Position numbers and translations under genes: made by a program. This document shows positions 25,775 through 35,490 of a DNA stretch of 64,000 bases, in pieces. Numbering within the stretch: the stretch's first letter is position 1; the number at the start of each line of letters is the position of its first letter. The stretch comes from Polyangiales bacterium (GTDB lineage: Bacteria; Myxococcota_A; Polyangia; Polyangiales; Polyangiaceae), in NCBI GenBank assembly GCA_038230375.1, contig JBBRNJ010000005.1, positions 64,001 to 128,000 on the forward strand. Reading direction: 5' to 3'. A model generated the notes under the pieces. The model had not been told where the DNA came from. It ran no database searches and worked only from the letters and a program-made list of their open reading frames with translations.

Positions 25775-28495
25775 ATGGTTCTGTGGCGTGGCCGATCGGT
25801 AGCTTTCTCGCTTGTCTTCGTGGCGATCTCCATGGCGCCCGCGGTGACGCACGCGCAGGCTCCGAGCCCGACACCCACGCCATCACCAGCGCCGCCTTCG
25901 CCGCCCTCCCAGCCTCAGGATGACAATCCTGGCGCTACCTCGGTGCCGCGCGGCGCGTCTGGCTCGATCATCACGGCGCCAAAGGACCAGCCACCGCCGC
26001 CGCCACCGGCCCCCGTGGTGGTCACCCCGCCCACGCTGAAGCGCGATGACGGCGCCGAGTATCCGCACCAGGCGATCGTCGACAAGATCAAGGACCCCGT
26101 CACCGTGGGCCTCATCCTGGAGGTCGACGCGACGGGCGTCGTGAAGAAGGTCACCGTGGAGGCCGCCGCGGGTCACGGCTTCGACGAGGCAGCCGTTGCC
26201 GCCGCGCAGAAGCTCGTGTTCGAGCCCGCCACGAAGAACGGCAGGCCGATCGCCGCCAAGATCCGGCACAAGTACGCCTTCGCACCGCCGCCCTCGCGCA
26301 TCGTCGGCAAGGTCGCCTCGGACTCCAAGGACAAGGGGATCGCGCGCGCCATCGTCACGGTCACGGCGGATGGCAAGCCCGGCGACAAGCGCACCATCAC
26401 CACCGACGACAGCGGCGCATGGAAGGTGGAGGGGCTTTCAGCCGGCACCTATCACGTCACCGTGCAGGCGCAGGGCTACGCCACGCGAGAGTCCGACGAG
26501 GAGGTCGACCCCGGCACCGAGATCGACCTCACGCTGCGCCTCACGCGCCCGAACCAGAAGCCCGTCGCGCAGCCCGGCGACGAGCCGCTCGAGCAGGTCG
26601 AGGTCAAGGTCGATCGACCCCCGCGCGAGGTCGTGAAGCGCACGCTCGACCAGCGCGAGATCAGCCGCATCCCCGGCACCGGCGGTGACGCGCTCAAATC
26701 GTTGCAGAACCTTCCAGGCGTCGCGCGCTCGCCGGGGCTCGGCGGTCTGCTCATCGTCCGCGGCTCAGCGCCGCAAGACACGCAGGTCTTCATCGACGGC
26801 ACGGCGATCCCGCTCGTGTACCACTTTGGCGGCCTCTCCAGCGTCGTGCCCACGGAGTCGCTCGATCGCATCGACTTCTATCCCGGCAACTTCAGCTCGC
26901 AGTACGGCCGCGCGCTCGGCGGCATCGTGGACGTCGGCATCAAGGACCCAGAGACCAAGGACAAGAAGATCCACGGCCTCGCGCAGGCCGACCTCATCGA
27001 CGCGCGCATGCTCGCTCAGGGTCCCATTGGTGACACCGGCCTCAAGTTCCTCGTCGCTGGACGCCGCAGCTACTTCGACCTGTGGCTGAAGCCCGTGCTC
27101 GAGCAGACCGGCGCAGGCGTCACGGCGGCGCCGGTCTATTACGACTACCAGGCGCTCGTGCAGAAGGACTTCTCGTCCCGTCAGAGCCTGCGCCTCATGC
27201 TCTTCGGGTCCGACGACAACCTCAAGATCTTGACGAGCCAGGTCAACGGCAGCGACCCGCAGCTCGGCGGTGGTATCGGACTCCACACCGCGTTCTGGCG
27301 CCTGCAGGCGCGATACAAGAACAGGATCAACGACTCGACCGAGCTCCGCGTCACCGGCGCCGTGGGCCAGGACACGATCGACTTCAACATCGGCGACAAC
27401 TACCTGCGCATCTCCACGGTGCCCATCTCCACGCGCATCGAGCTCGCCCAGAAGCTCGCGCAGGGCGTGACGATGAACTTCGGTATCGACTGGGCCTATA
27501 CGCCTTACGACGTGGCCGTGCGCTTCCCGCCGCCCACGAGACCGGGCGAGCCACCGGGCGGTCCGTTCCTCACGCGCCCGCCGCTCGAGCAGCACGTGAA
27601 GGACTCGAACTACACGCCGGCCTTCTACGAAGAGCTGGAGCTCACGCCATGGCGCGGTAGCCGCATCGTTCCGGGCGTGCGCGTGGACTACACGAAGAGC
27701 AGCAAGTCGTGGGATCTGCAGCCGCGCTTCGTGGTGCGCCAGGATCTCACGACCGGCTTCCCGCGCACCACCGTCAAGGGCGGCGCCGGCATCTACAGTC
27801 AGCCGCCCACCCCGCAGCAGTCGGACTCTGTCTTCGGAAACCCCGGCGTCCGCTCGCAGCGCTCCACCCAGTACGACGTCGGCGTGGAGCAAGAGATCAC
27901 GCGGCCCGTCGAGATCGCAACGGATGTATATTACAAGCAACTGGACTACCTGATCGTCCAGGGGCTGGGCAATGCCGGCACCGGCGCGGCCTACGGCATC
28001 GAGACGCTCGTTCGCTGGAAGCCCGACAAGCGCTTCTTCGGATGGCTGGCGTACACGATCGGCCGGAGCGAGCGGCGCGACGGTCCTGGGCAACCGCTGC
28101 GCGAGACGCAGTACGATCAGACGCACATCCTCACCGTGCTCGGCAGCTACCGCCTGGGCTGGGGCTTCGAGTTCGGCGCGCGCTTCCGGCTGGTCTCCGG
28201 CAACCTGTACACGCCCGCCAACGGCTCCATCTACGACGAGGGCGTTGGCGCGTATCTCCCGCTCACCTCGTACCCGCCGTACAACACGCGCTTGCCCATG
28301 TTCCACCAGCTGGACCTACGCGTGGACAAGGTATGGACGGCGCCGAACTCCAAGTTCTCCATCTATGCGGACATCCAGAACGTCTACAACCACGGCAACG
28401 TGGAGGGCGTGAGCAACAACTTCAACAGCACGCAGAGAGTCTACGCGACGGGCATCCCCATCCTGCCCAGCATCGGCGTGAGGGGAGAACTGTGA
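25775..28495 (+). CDS. TonB-dependent receptor with N-terminal TonB-C and carboxypeptidase-regulatory-like domains
   Basis: Signal peptide, Pro-rich linker, YP...GHGFDEAAVAAAQKLVFEPA (TonB-C), plug LPGV/IVRGS/FYPGNFSSQYG, barrel ending GVRGEL. Confidence 0.9.
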   Translation: MVLWRGRSVAFSLVFVAISMAPAVTHAQAPSPTPTPSPAPPSPPSQPQDDNPGATSVPRGASGSIITAPKDQPPPPPPAPVVVTPPTLKRDDGAEYPHQAIVDKIKDPVTVGLILEVDATGVVKKVTVEAAAGHGFDEAAVAAAQKLVFEPATKNGRPIAAKIRHKYAFAPPPSRIVGKVASDSKDKGIARAIVTVTADGKPGDKRTITTDDSGAWKVEGLSAGTYHVTVQAQGYATRESDEEVDPGTEIDLTLRLTRPNQKPVAQPGDEPLEQVEVKVDRPPREVVKRTLDQREISRIPGTGGDALKSLQNLPGVARSPGLGGLLIVRGSAPQDTQVFIDGTAIPLVYHFGGLSSVVPTESLDRIDFYPGNFSSQYGRALGGIVDVGIKDPETKDKKIHGLAQADLIDARMLAQGPIGDTGLKFLVAGRRSYFDLWLKPVLEQTGAGVTAAPVYYDYQALVQKDFSSRQSLRLMLFGSDDNLKILTSQVNGSDPQLGGGIGLHTAFWRLQARYKNRINDSTELRVTGAVGQDTIDFNIGDNYLRISTVPISTRIELAQKLAQGVTMNFGIDWAYTPYDVAVRFPPPTRPGEPPGGPFLTRPPLEQHVKDSNYTPAFYEELELTPWRGSRIVPGVRVDYTKSSKSWDLQPRFVVRQDLTTGFPRTTVKGGAGIYSQPPTPQQSDSVFGNPGVRSQRSTQYDVGVEQEITRPVEIATDVYYKQLDYLIVQGLGNAGTGAAYGIETLVRWKPDKRFFGWLAYTIGRSERRDGPGQPLRETQYDQTHILTVLGSYRLGWGFEFGARFRLVSGNLYTPANGSIYDEGVGAYLPLTSYPPYNTRLPMFHQLDLRVDKVWTAPNSKFSIYADIQNVYNHGNVEGVSNNFNSTQRVYATGIPILPSIGVRGEL

Positions 28496-29640
28496 TGCGG
28501 ATCGCAAGAGCTCTCACGAAGGTCCTCGTCGCGTCCGTGCTTGCGGGGGCCGCGCTTGCCTCCGTCGTCGGCACGTCGGCGTGCGGCACCGGGTTCGACC
28601 CCGTGAGCAAGCTCCAGGGCGTCCGCATCCTGGCCACCAAGGCCGACAAGCCGTTCGCGCATCCGGGTGACACCGTGAACCTCACCATGCTCGTGGCGGA
28701 CGGCCGCGCCGACAAGACGCGCCCCGTCACGGTGTCATGGATACCTGCAGTCTGCACCAACCCGAAGTCGGACTTGTATTATGCATGCTTCGCGCCCCAG
28801 TACGGGTCGGATGGCGGCGCGTCGGACGCGAGCCTCGCGCTCTCGGAGGGCGGCACATCTGCAGCTGGTGGCGACGCAGGGGATGCGGGACCGCAGGCTC
28901 CCGTCTCGAACTCGGGCGCCGGCGCCCTTGCGTCGATCATCGCCAAGATCCCGCCGCACACCAACCTGACGCCGTTCCTTCCGCAGGGCAACACCTACTC
29001 GTTCCAGGTGCCCGCGGACATCGTGTCGTCCCACGTGCCAACGCCCGGCGCAGCGCGCCCCTATGGTCTTGCCATCCTCTTCAACTACGCGTGCGCGGGC
29101 CACCTCGAGCTCGTCCCTTTCGATGGCTCGGGCAACCCTCTCCAGATCCCCATCGGCTGCTACGACGACTTCGGCGAGCAGGTGAAGGTGGACGACGGCG
29201 TCTTCGGTCTGCTCCGCGTGTACAGCTACAATGATGTCAGCAACGCCAATCCCGTGATCGACAGCCTCACGCAGGACGACGCGGCGGTCGACCTCAGGGC
29301 GGGCATCACGCTCGACCACTGCACCGAATCGCGTCGTCGCGACTGCAAGAAGATCAAGCTCACGCCGGTGGTCTCGGAGACGTCGTGGGAGCTGAACCCG
29401 GACTCGAACGACGGGCAGGGCAACATCCAGCACGAAGAGATCTGGGTCGACTACTACTCGACCATCGGCGACCTGGGCGACGACGCGCGCCTCCTCTATG
29501 ACGTGGGCGCTGGCAAGATCAAGAAGCCCGAGGTGGACTTCCAGGCGCCGAGCGATCCCGGGGAGGGAACCCTGTACGTGGTCGTCCACGACAACCGCGG
29601 CGGTGTCGAATGGCTCGTGGTTCCGCTACATGTGAAGTAG
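28495..29640 (+). CDS. lipoprotein translationally coupled to the TonB-dependent receptor
   Basis: Lipobox TSAC; VRILA near the N-terminus, VVHDNRGGVEW at the C-terminus; ATG overlaps TGA. Confidence 0.8.
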   Translation: MRIARALTKVLVASVLAGAALASVVGTSACGTGFDPVSKLQGVRILATKADKPFAHPGDTVNLTMLVADGRADKTRPVTVSWIPAVCTNPKSDLYYACFAPQYGSDGGASDASLALSEGGTSAAGGDAGDAGPQAPVSNSGAGALASIIAKIPPHTNLTPFLPQGNTYSFQVPADIVSSHVPTPGAARPYGLAILFNYACAGHLELVPFDGSGNPLQIPIGCYDDFGEQVKVDDGVFGLLRVYSYNDVSNANPVIDSLTQDDAAVDLRAGITLDHCTESRRRDCKKIKLTPVVSETSWELNPDSNDGQGNIQHEEIWVDYYSTIGDLGDDARLLYDVGAGKIKKPEVDFQAPSDPGEGTLYVVVHDNRGGVEWLVVPLHVK

Positions 29641-30368
29641 TGGAGAAGAGAACGCTCGCCACCAGCATCGGCGCGATCATCCTTGCCGCCATCGCGCTCT
29701 CCGCGTGCGGGCCGAGCTCCGACACCAGCGTGCTGCGTGCGCAGGACAAGAAGCTCCCGGACGGCGTGACCTTCGACCCGACGAGCTTGATGACGGACTC
29801 GGCCTTCGTGGACACCACCCCCGCGGACGTCGCAGCGCTCCTGCAGTTCCTCAAGAAGACGCCCTACGACTCGTCGAGCTTCCTCGCGACCTATGCATCC
29901 AACGGCGTGACGGCGCCGCTCGCGATCGTGCGCGCCTCGCGCAAGTACAGGCTCAATCCGATCGTATTTCTCGCACATGCGGAGCGCGCGCAAGGGCTCA
30001 TCGGCTCGCGTGCGTATCCATTCCCGTCAACGCGGGTGGAGTTCGTGTTCCAGTGCGGATGCACGGCGCCGGGGCAGTGCGATCTTGCCGTGGGCGGGTT
30101 CGACAAGCAGGTCGACTGTCTTGGGCGATCGCTGCGCGCAAACCTGGATCAGCTCACGGGGCCGAACCAGGCGACCGACGGCGGATGGGCGATCGGCGCT
30201 GCGACCAAGACTGTCGACGGTGCGCTCGTCACACCGCAGTCCAACGCGACCGCGGCGCTCTACCAGTACCTGCCGGTCCTGGGAGACGCATCGAGCGGCA
30301 ACCAGGCGTACTTCACCATCTACACGCTCTACGCGACCGCGCTCTCCTACTTCGATCCTGGGGGTTGA
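29640..30368 (+). CDS. lipoprotein with putative lysozyme-like/cell-wall-associated domain
   Basis: Lipobox LSAC; YRLNPIVFLAHAERAQGLI, GFDKQV, NATAALYQYLP pattern. Confidence 0.65.
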   Translation: MEKRTLATSIGAIILAAIALSACGPSSDTSVLRAQDKKLPDGVTFDPTSLMTDSAFVDTTPADVAALLQFLKKTPYDSSSFLATYASNGVTAPLAIVRASRKYRLNPIVFLAHAERAQGLIGSRAYPFPSTRVEFVFQCGCTAPGQCDLAVGGFDKQVDCLGRSLRANLDQLTGPNQATDGGWAIGAATKTVDGALVTPQSNATAALYQYLPVLGDASSGNQAYFTIYTLYATALSYFDPGG

Positions 30369-30409
30369 AGGTCCAGGTCGGGGTCGGGGTCGAGGTCTGA
30401 GTCGGGGTC
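30361..30409 (+). repeat. degenerate (RRGGTC)n hexamer tract between convergent genes
   Basis: ggggtt-g-aaggtc-caggtc-ggggtc-ggggtc-gaggtc-tgagtc-ggggtc. Confidence 0.75.
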
Positions 30410-30422
30410 GGAGCGCTTGGGT

Positions 30423-31541
30423 TCAGAGGACGCTGAGCGTCTTGATGGCGTCGACGGCGATCTGGCCTGCGGACAGGATCGCCTCGTCCTCGGGGCGGCC
30501 TGCGAGGTGCGCGCGCACGCGTCCGAACGCCTCGAGGTACACGCGCTCGCGGCCAAGGCCTGCGGCCACGCCGTTGCTGCCGCGGAAGGTCCGCTCCGCA
30601 GTCGTGATGGCGCGCTCCCATCCCACGCCGTAGCGATCACGAAGGAGCCTCACCACGGTCACGAAGTCCGCGCCGTCGGTCATGGCCATGGCGGCCACGT
30701 GGCGCGTGCCGAGCTCGCGCTTGCGGAGCGGCTTCAGGAAACCATGCCGCTCTTCGAGGAGGAGGGCGAAGCCTTCCTGGTCGTCCACGCCCCGCGCCGT
30801 GCCGATCTGGAAGATGCCGAGCTTGGCGTGGGCAGCGCGCCCGCGCGGGATCGCGTGGGCCTCGATCTCGTGCAGCACGGTGCGGTCGACGTCCTCGCGC
30901 GACAGCATCCGTCCTGTGGCGATGAAGACATTGTGCTCGCCCACCGCCGCGAGGGCTGCCAGCTGCGGCTGCACCACCACGGTGAAGGGCAGGCGGAGCT
31001 GCGCGATCGCCTCCTCCATGCGCACGAGCAGCGAGCCAGGCACGCGCGCGTCGCTCTGCGTGGTCTCCTCGATGGCGTCATCCGGAGTGAGCGCGGCCCA
31101 CTCGCGCCCAAGCTCGTCGGCGCGCGCCTCCAGCGTGCCGCCCTTCATTCCGGCGGCGTAGCGCTCACGTGCAAGCGCGCCGAGCGTGTCCGTGCCGACC
31201 GATTCCGCGATGCGGGCCTCGAGCGCGAGCTCACTGGCGCGCGCCGCGTACACCTCGTGCACGGGCGACCCTTCCTCCACGAAGCGGGCAGCCATGCGCT
31301 CGAGCGCCTTCACCAGCTGCGAGTGATCCGTGCGTGCGTACGACCAGCGAGGCGCGACCTCGGAGCCCGTGGTGAACGCGGAGAGCAACCTGGCGCGTTC
31401 CTGCGCTGCGTTCCGCGGCGTCGCCGCTCCAAGGAGCCGGATCGCGCCCATCGCCTCCGAGAGCACCTTGTCTGCGCGAAGGAAGGGGGCCCTCAGGTCC
31501 GCCTGGGTGTTCTTGCGAATCGCGACGACGCGCTTTTTCAC
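30423..31541 (-). CDS. DUF1704 / QEGLA-motif metallopeptidase-like protein
   Basis: HEIEAH (HExxxH) plus QEGFA, RTFRG, VYLEAF. Confidence 0.8.
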   Translation of the reverse strand: MKKRVVAIRKNTQADLRAPFLRADKVLSEAMGAIRLLGAATPRNAAQERARLLSAFTTGSEVAPRWSYARTDHSQLVKALERMAARFVEEGSPVHEVYAARASELALEARIAESVGTDTLGALARERYAAGMKGGTLEARADELGREWAALTPDDAIEETTQSDARVPGSLLVRMEEAIAQLRLPFTVVVQPQLAALAAVGEHNVFIATGRMLSREDVDRTVLHEIEAHAIPRGRAAHAKLGIFQIGTARGVDDQEGFALLLEERHGFLKPLRKRELGTRHVAAMAMTDGADFVTVVRLLRDRYGVGWERAITTAERTFRGSNGVAAGLGRERVYLEAFGRVRAHLAGRPEDEAILSAGQIAVDAIKTLSVL

Positions 31542-31645
31542 ATCGTGGAGACTACCTCAATCGGCCGCCCCGCAATCGTTCAATCGTCTATAGTGCGCCC
31601 ACCGGATCGTCCTCGATCCGGGGGTATGGCGCAGGGAGTGATGCT

Positions 31646-32953
31646 TTGAAGAAAAACTACGTTCTCGACACGAACATCCTTCTTCACGATCCGCGCGCGA
31701 TCTTTCGCTTCGACGACAACAACGTCGTCATCCCGATCTACTGCATCGAAGAGGTCGACAATTTCAAGCGCGAGGGCTCCGAACGCGGGCGCAACGCACG
31801 CACGATCGCGCGGCTCCTCGACGAGCTTCGCGAGACCGGCGGCTCTCTCTCCAAGGGCGTGACCCTCGAGAACGGCGGCCACCTCAAGGTGGCGGTCCCG
31901 ACCAAGCGTCCCGAGCTCCCGAGCGCGATCGACAAGGCTGCGATGGACAACGCCATCCTGCAGACCGCGTTCGAGGTGCGCGAAGAGGACGGCGGCAGGC
32001 CCACCATCTTCGTGACCATGGACACGAACCTCCGCATCCGCGCGGACGCGCTGGGCATGGTCTCGCAGAACTACGAGAACCAACGTGTCGAGGCGGAGCG
32101 CCTGGATACGGGCATCATCGAGATCGAGCTCGACGGCGAGGAGATCGACAAGTTCTTCCAGGAAGGGCGCATCAAGCCCAAGAACGAGCTCTCGCCGAAC
32201 ATCTGCGTGCTCCTGCGTGATCGCGCGAACCCGTCGCACACCGCGCTGGGCCGCTTCGATCCCACGAAGAAGGAGATCGTCGCGCTGCGCACCCCGCGCG
32301 AAGGCGTGATGGGCGTGCGTCCGCGCAACAAGGAGCAGAGCCACGCGCTCGACCTCTTGCTCGACGAGAACATCCGGCTCGTCACGCTGGTCGGCAAGGC
32401 CGGCACTGGCAAGACGCTGCTCGCGCTCGCCGCGGGACTCAAGCGCACGGTCGAGGACGGCGTGTACTCGCGCATGCTGGTCTCGCGTCCCGTCATGCCG
32501 CTCGGCCGCGACATCGGCTTCTTGCCGGGCGACGTGGACGAGAAGCTGAACCCGTGGATGCAGCCCATCTTCGACAACCTGGAGTTCCTCTTCTCGAGCG
32601 GAACGAAGAAGGGGCCGCGCGCGTATGCGGAGCTCCTGGAGAGCGGTCAGCTCCAGGTCGAGCCGCTCACGTACATCCGTGGTCGCTCGTTGCCCAGTCA
32701 GTACATGATCGTCGACGAGGCGCAGAACCTCACGCCGCACGAGGTGAAGACCATCATCACGCGCTCTGGCGACGGCACGAAGATCGTCCTCACCGGCGAT
32801 CCACACCAGATCGACAATCCCTACGTCGACAGCGCGTCGAACGGCCTCACCATCGCCGCGGACAAGTTCCGCGGGGAGAAGTGCGCCGCGAACATCGTAC
32901 TTTCCAAGGGAGAGCGCAGCGAGCTCGCGGAGATCGCCGCAAACCTGCTGTGA
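31646..32953 (+). CDS. PhoH family protein (PIN domain + PhoH ATPase)
   Basis: YVLDTNILLHDP (PIN), GKAGTGKT, GFLPG, YIRGRS, DEAQN, GDPHQID; TTG start with SD GGAG. Confidence 0.93.
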   Translation: MKKNYVLDTNILLHDPRAIFRFDDNNVVIPIYCIEEVDNFKREGSERGRNARTIARLLDELRETGGSLSKGVTLENGGHLKVAVPTKRPELPSAIDKAAMDNAILQTAFEVREEDGGRPTIFVTMDTNLRIRADALGMVSQNYENQRVEAERLDTGIIEIELDGEEIDKFFQEGRIKPKNELSPNICVLLRDRANPSHTALGRFDPTKKEIVALRTPREGVMGVRPRNKEQSHALDLLLDENIRLVTLVGKAGTGKTLLALAAGLKRTVEDGVYSRMLVSRPVMPLGRDIGFLPGDVDEKLNPWMQPIFDNLEFLFSSGTKKGPRAYAELLESGQLQVEPLTYIRGRSLPSQYMIVDEAQNLTPHEVKTIITRSGDGTKIVLTGDPHQIDNPYVDSASNGLTIAADKFRGEKCAANIVLSKGERSELAEIAANLL

Positions 32954-32991
32954 AGTGGAATTCACAGGGGTCAGCGCAGCTCTGACAAAAA
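32948..32991. terminator. two tandem hairpins at the end of phoH, followed by an A-run
   Basis: CTGTGAA-N6-TTCACAG and GTCAG-N7-CTGAC-AAAAA. Confidence 0.4.
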
Positions 32992-33103
32992 CCTGAATGG
33001 ATTTATGCGGGAATGGCCGAGTACATCCTACATATACCTTCAAGAAATATTAAAGCATGAGACGGCAGGGAGACCGATCGAGGTTTGCCCGTATAGTGGG
33101 CCA

Positions 33104-34411
33104 ATGCGTTCCTCAGCCGTCGCCATCTTCCTCCCCCTTTCCTTCCTCGTAACCGTGGCTGCTTGCAGCACCACCACCATCATCAATCACGTCGCGTCGG
33201 ACTCCGACGGCGGGACGGATGACACCGACTCCGGTGCGGTCGTCACGACCGACGGCGGCGCAAGCAAGGACGCCGGCAAGAAGGACGCGAGCGTTCCCAA
33301 GGCCGAGAACCCGCAGCCCATCCCGCCCGTCATCTACAACGGTGGTGCGCTCCTCACGGCAGCGTCGCTCGTCACCGTCACCTTCGACAACGATGCCCTC
33401 CGCACCACCGTCGAGTCATTCGACGACACGATCGGCACCAGCGCGTGGTGGGACGCGGTCCGCGTCGGCTTCTGCGACGGCAATGGCAAGAACTGCGTCG
33501 GCCAGGCAAAGAACGGCGGTCACGTCCACCTCCCGACCGGCTCCCTCCAGTCGAGCTACACGGACTCGGCAGGCGGCGGCGCGTCGACCATCCAGTCGAT
33601 GATCTCAGGGTACATCGCGAGCGCGACCTTCCCCGCGCCCACTGCGAACTCCCTCTACATGATCTACTTCCCGGCGAGCGCCACCATCTCGCTGGATGGG
33701 GACGTCAGCTGCCAGAAGTTCGGCGGCTACCACAACTCGATGAAGTACAACGGCGTGGAGTTCGCCTACGCCATCATGCCGCGCTGCGCGACGGGCAAGG
33801 GCGCGCAGGGCGATCTCGACCAGCTGACAACCGCCGCCGCCCACGAACTCGCGGAGGCCGCGACTGACCCGTTCATCTCCACTGATCCGCAGAACCCGTA
33901 CACCGGCTTCGGCTCGATCTCGGACGCATGGGACGTGCTCGCGGGCGGCGAGGTCGGCGACCGCTGCTTCGACATGTTCGGCACCGGCGCGGACCTCTAC
34001 AAGCAGGGTAGCTTCACCGTGCAGAAGATCTTCAACAACGTGGCCGCGAAGGGAGGCCACGATCCCTGCGTGCCCGCGCCGTCGCCAGCCTCGCAACCGT
34101 TCTTCAACGTGGCGCCCGTGGGTGATGGAGACGTCTTCAGCGTTGCGGTCGGTGGCACCGCCACGTTCCAGGTGCAGGGCATCGCCGACGCACCCACCGC
34201 CGAGATGGGCTTCCTTGCCTCCGAGTACAAGGGCTCCGACGTCCTCACGATCTCGCAGTCGTCGCAGTCCATCGCCGTTGGCGGCAAGGCGACGATCACC
34301 GTGAAGCTCAAGTCGAACCCGAGCCAGGGCTACGGGCTCATCCTCCTGGAGTCGCAGGTGGTGCAGAACGGTCCGATCCACTACTGGCCAATCGTCATCC
34401 AGCCGATGTGA
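33104..34411 (+). CDS. lipoprotein with GGYH/HELAEAATDP domain (Phi-1/EXORDIUM-like, possibly metal binding)
   Basis: Lipobox VAAC; YNGG, FGGYHN, HELAEAATDP, GEVGDRC; TATAGT 6 nt upstream of ATG. Confidence 0.75.
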   Translation: MRSSAVAIFLPLSFLVTVAACSTTTIINHVASDSDGGTDDTDSGAVVTTDGGASKDAGKKDASVPKAENPQPIPPVIYNGGALLTAASLVTVTFDNDALRTTVESFDDTIGTSAWWDAVRVGFCDGNGKNCVGQAKNGGHVHLPTGSLQSSYTDSAGGGASTIQSMISGYIASATFPAPTANSLYMIYFPASATISLDGDVSCQKFGGYHNSMKYNGVEFAYAIMPRCATGKGAQGDLDQLTTAAAHELAEAATDPFISTDPQNPYTGFGSISDAWDVLAGGEVGDRCFDMFGTGADLYKQGSFTVQKIFNNVAAKGGHDPCVPAPSPASQPFFNVAPVGDGDVFSVAVGGTATFQVQGIADAPTAEMGFLASEYKGSDVLTISQSSQSIAVGGKATITVKLKSNPSQGYGLILLESQVVQNGPIHYWPIVIQPM

Positions 34412-34439
34412 CCCAAGAAGACGCGTGCGGCGGCCTCAC

Positions 34440-34498
34440 GCCGAACGTGACCGACGCGCCACGATCACCTCCCGATCGTGGCGCTTCGTCGTTTGTAT
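34440..34498 (+). repeat. ~60-bp palindromic repeat, copy 1
   Basis: GCCGAACGTGACC...GCGCCACGATC-N7-GATCGTGGCGC-TTCGTCGTTTGTAT. Confidence 0.85.
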
Positions 34499-34640
34499 GC
34501 AACGAAAATCCTACTCACTGCCCGTTGGCCACCTCGCGTCTGACCATGGTCAGCGGCGAACAACAGTGCGCGCGAGAACAACGGTGCCTCGGGCTGGCGT
34601 GGTGATTGCTTGCTGGGCTGCTACACTCACGGAGGGAGCC

Positions 34641-34859
34641 ATGAGCGATCTGACGACCAAGGTACTCATCGAGATACGCGACGAGATGAAGGCCACGCGC
34701 GGGGAGCTGCGCGAAGGCCTCGGGGAGCTGCGCGCAGTCGCCGAGCGTCACGAGGAGGCGCTCGGAAAGCTCGTTGTGGGCGTGAATTCGCTCAACACCC
34801 GCTTCGACAACTTCCTCACCGGCGTCCACAAGCCGGATGAGCGCCCTCTGACCCTCTGA
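34641..34859 (+). CDS. small coiled-coil hypothetical protein
   Basis: Strong SD GGAGGGAG; extended -10 TGcTACACT upstream; heptad pattern; 72 aa. Confidence 0.75.
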   Translation: MSDLTTKVLIEIRDEMKATRGELREGLGELRAVAERHEEALGKLVVGVNSLNTRFDNFLTGVHKPDERPLTL

Positions 34860-34887
34860 GCGACAACGCTTGCCGGCGACAACCCTT

Positions 34888-34947
34888 GCCGAACGTGACC
34901 TGAAGCGCCACGATCAGCTGACGATCGTGGCGCTTCGTCGCTTGTAT
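34888..34947 (+). repeat. ~60-bp palindromic repeat, copy 2
   Basis: GCCGAACGTGACCT-GAAGCGCCACGATC-N7-GATCGTGGCGCTTC-GTCGCTTGTAT (14-bp perfect stem). Confidence 0.85.
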
Positions 34948-35490
34948 ACTGCACTGATTCTGGCGTGTGCCCTCACAGGGTGCACGTCGCAGGGAGGCTC
35001 GTACGTGCGCACCGGCGAGGTCGCGCCGGCCTACGCGGGCCCGGTGCGTATCTACGCCTCCGGCAATCCACCGCCCGGCGCCGTGGACCTTGGCGTGATC
35101 GAGGTCCACGGGGAGCAGCAAGAGGGAACGGTAGACGAGCTCCTCCCCATGTTCGTTCGCCGCGTAGCAGCGGCAGGAGGCGACGCCGCAGTGATCGATG
35201 GAGTCCGAGCCCGCTTCGAGATGGTCCCAAGAGTCCAGATCGAAACGGGCTACGTGATCTGCGGCCGAGGTCACCCCTGCGCAACGAAGTCCGCCTATGG
35301 CACCACAGACGAAGTGATGATCGTCTCGATCTTCGGCAGAGCCATGACCACGCGCCACGCCTCGGCCCCGGTTCCCACTCCCGCTCCCGCTCTCGCCCCT
35401 GCTCCCGCTCCCGTTCCGGATCCCGATCCAGTCCCCAGCTCCCGCGAGCCAGAACGAGGCCCTCCACCAGACGAGGTGATCATCCCATGA
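34927..35490 (+). CDS. lipoprotein, YbjQ-like small domain with Pro-rich tail
   Basis: Lipobox LTGC; DLGVIEV...RVAAAGGDAAVI pattern; start chosen to fit the signal peptide. Confidence 0.65.
   Translation: MALRRLYTALILACALTGCTSQGGSYVRTGEVAPAYAGPVRIYASGNPPPGAVDLGVIEVHGEQQEGTVDELLPMFVRRVAAAGGDAAVIDGVRARFEMVPRVQIETGYVICGRGHPCATKSAYGTTDEVMIVSIFGRAMTTRHASAPVPTPAPALAPAPAPVPDPDPVPSSREPERGPPPDEVIIP

Noticed and set aside
32992..33060. AT-rich intergenic patch as an sRNA or riboswitch
   Set aside because: No recognisable RNA family motif; more simply a promoter-upstream or binding region.
34440..34947. Calling the paired repeats a true integron array
   Set aside because: No integrase in the window, only two copies, and the right ends (GTTTGTA, GCTTGTA) do not fit GTTRRRY; kept only as an unexplained repeat.
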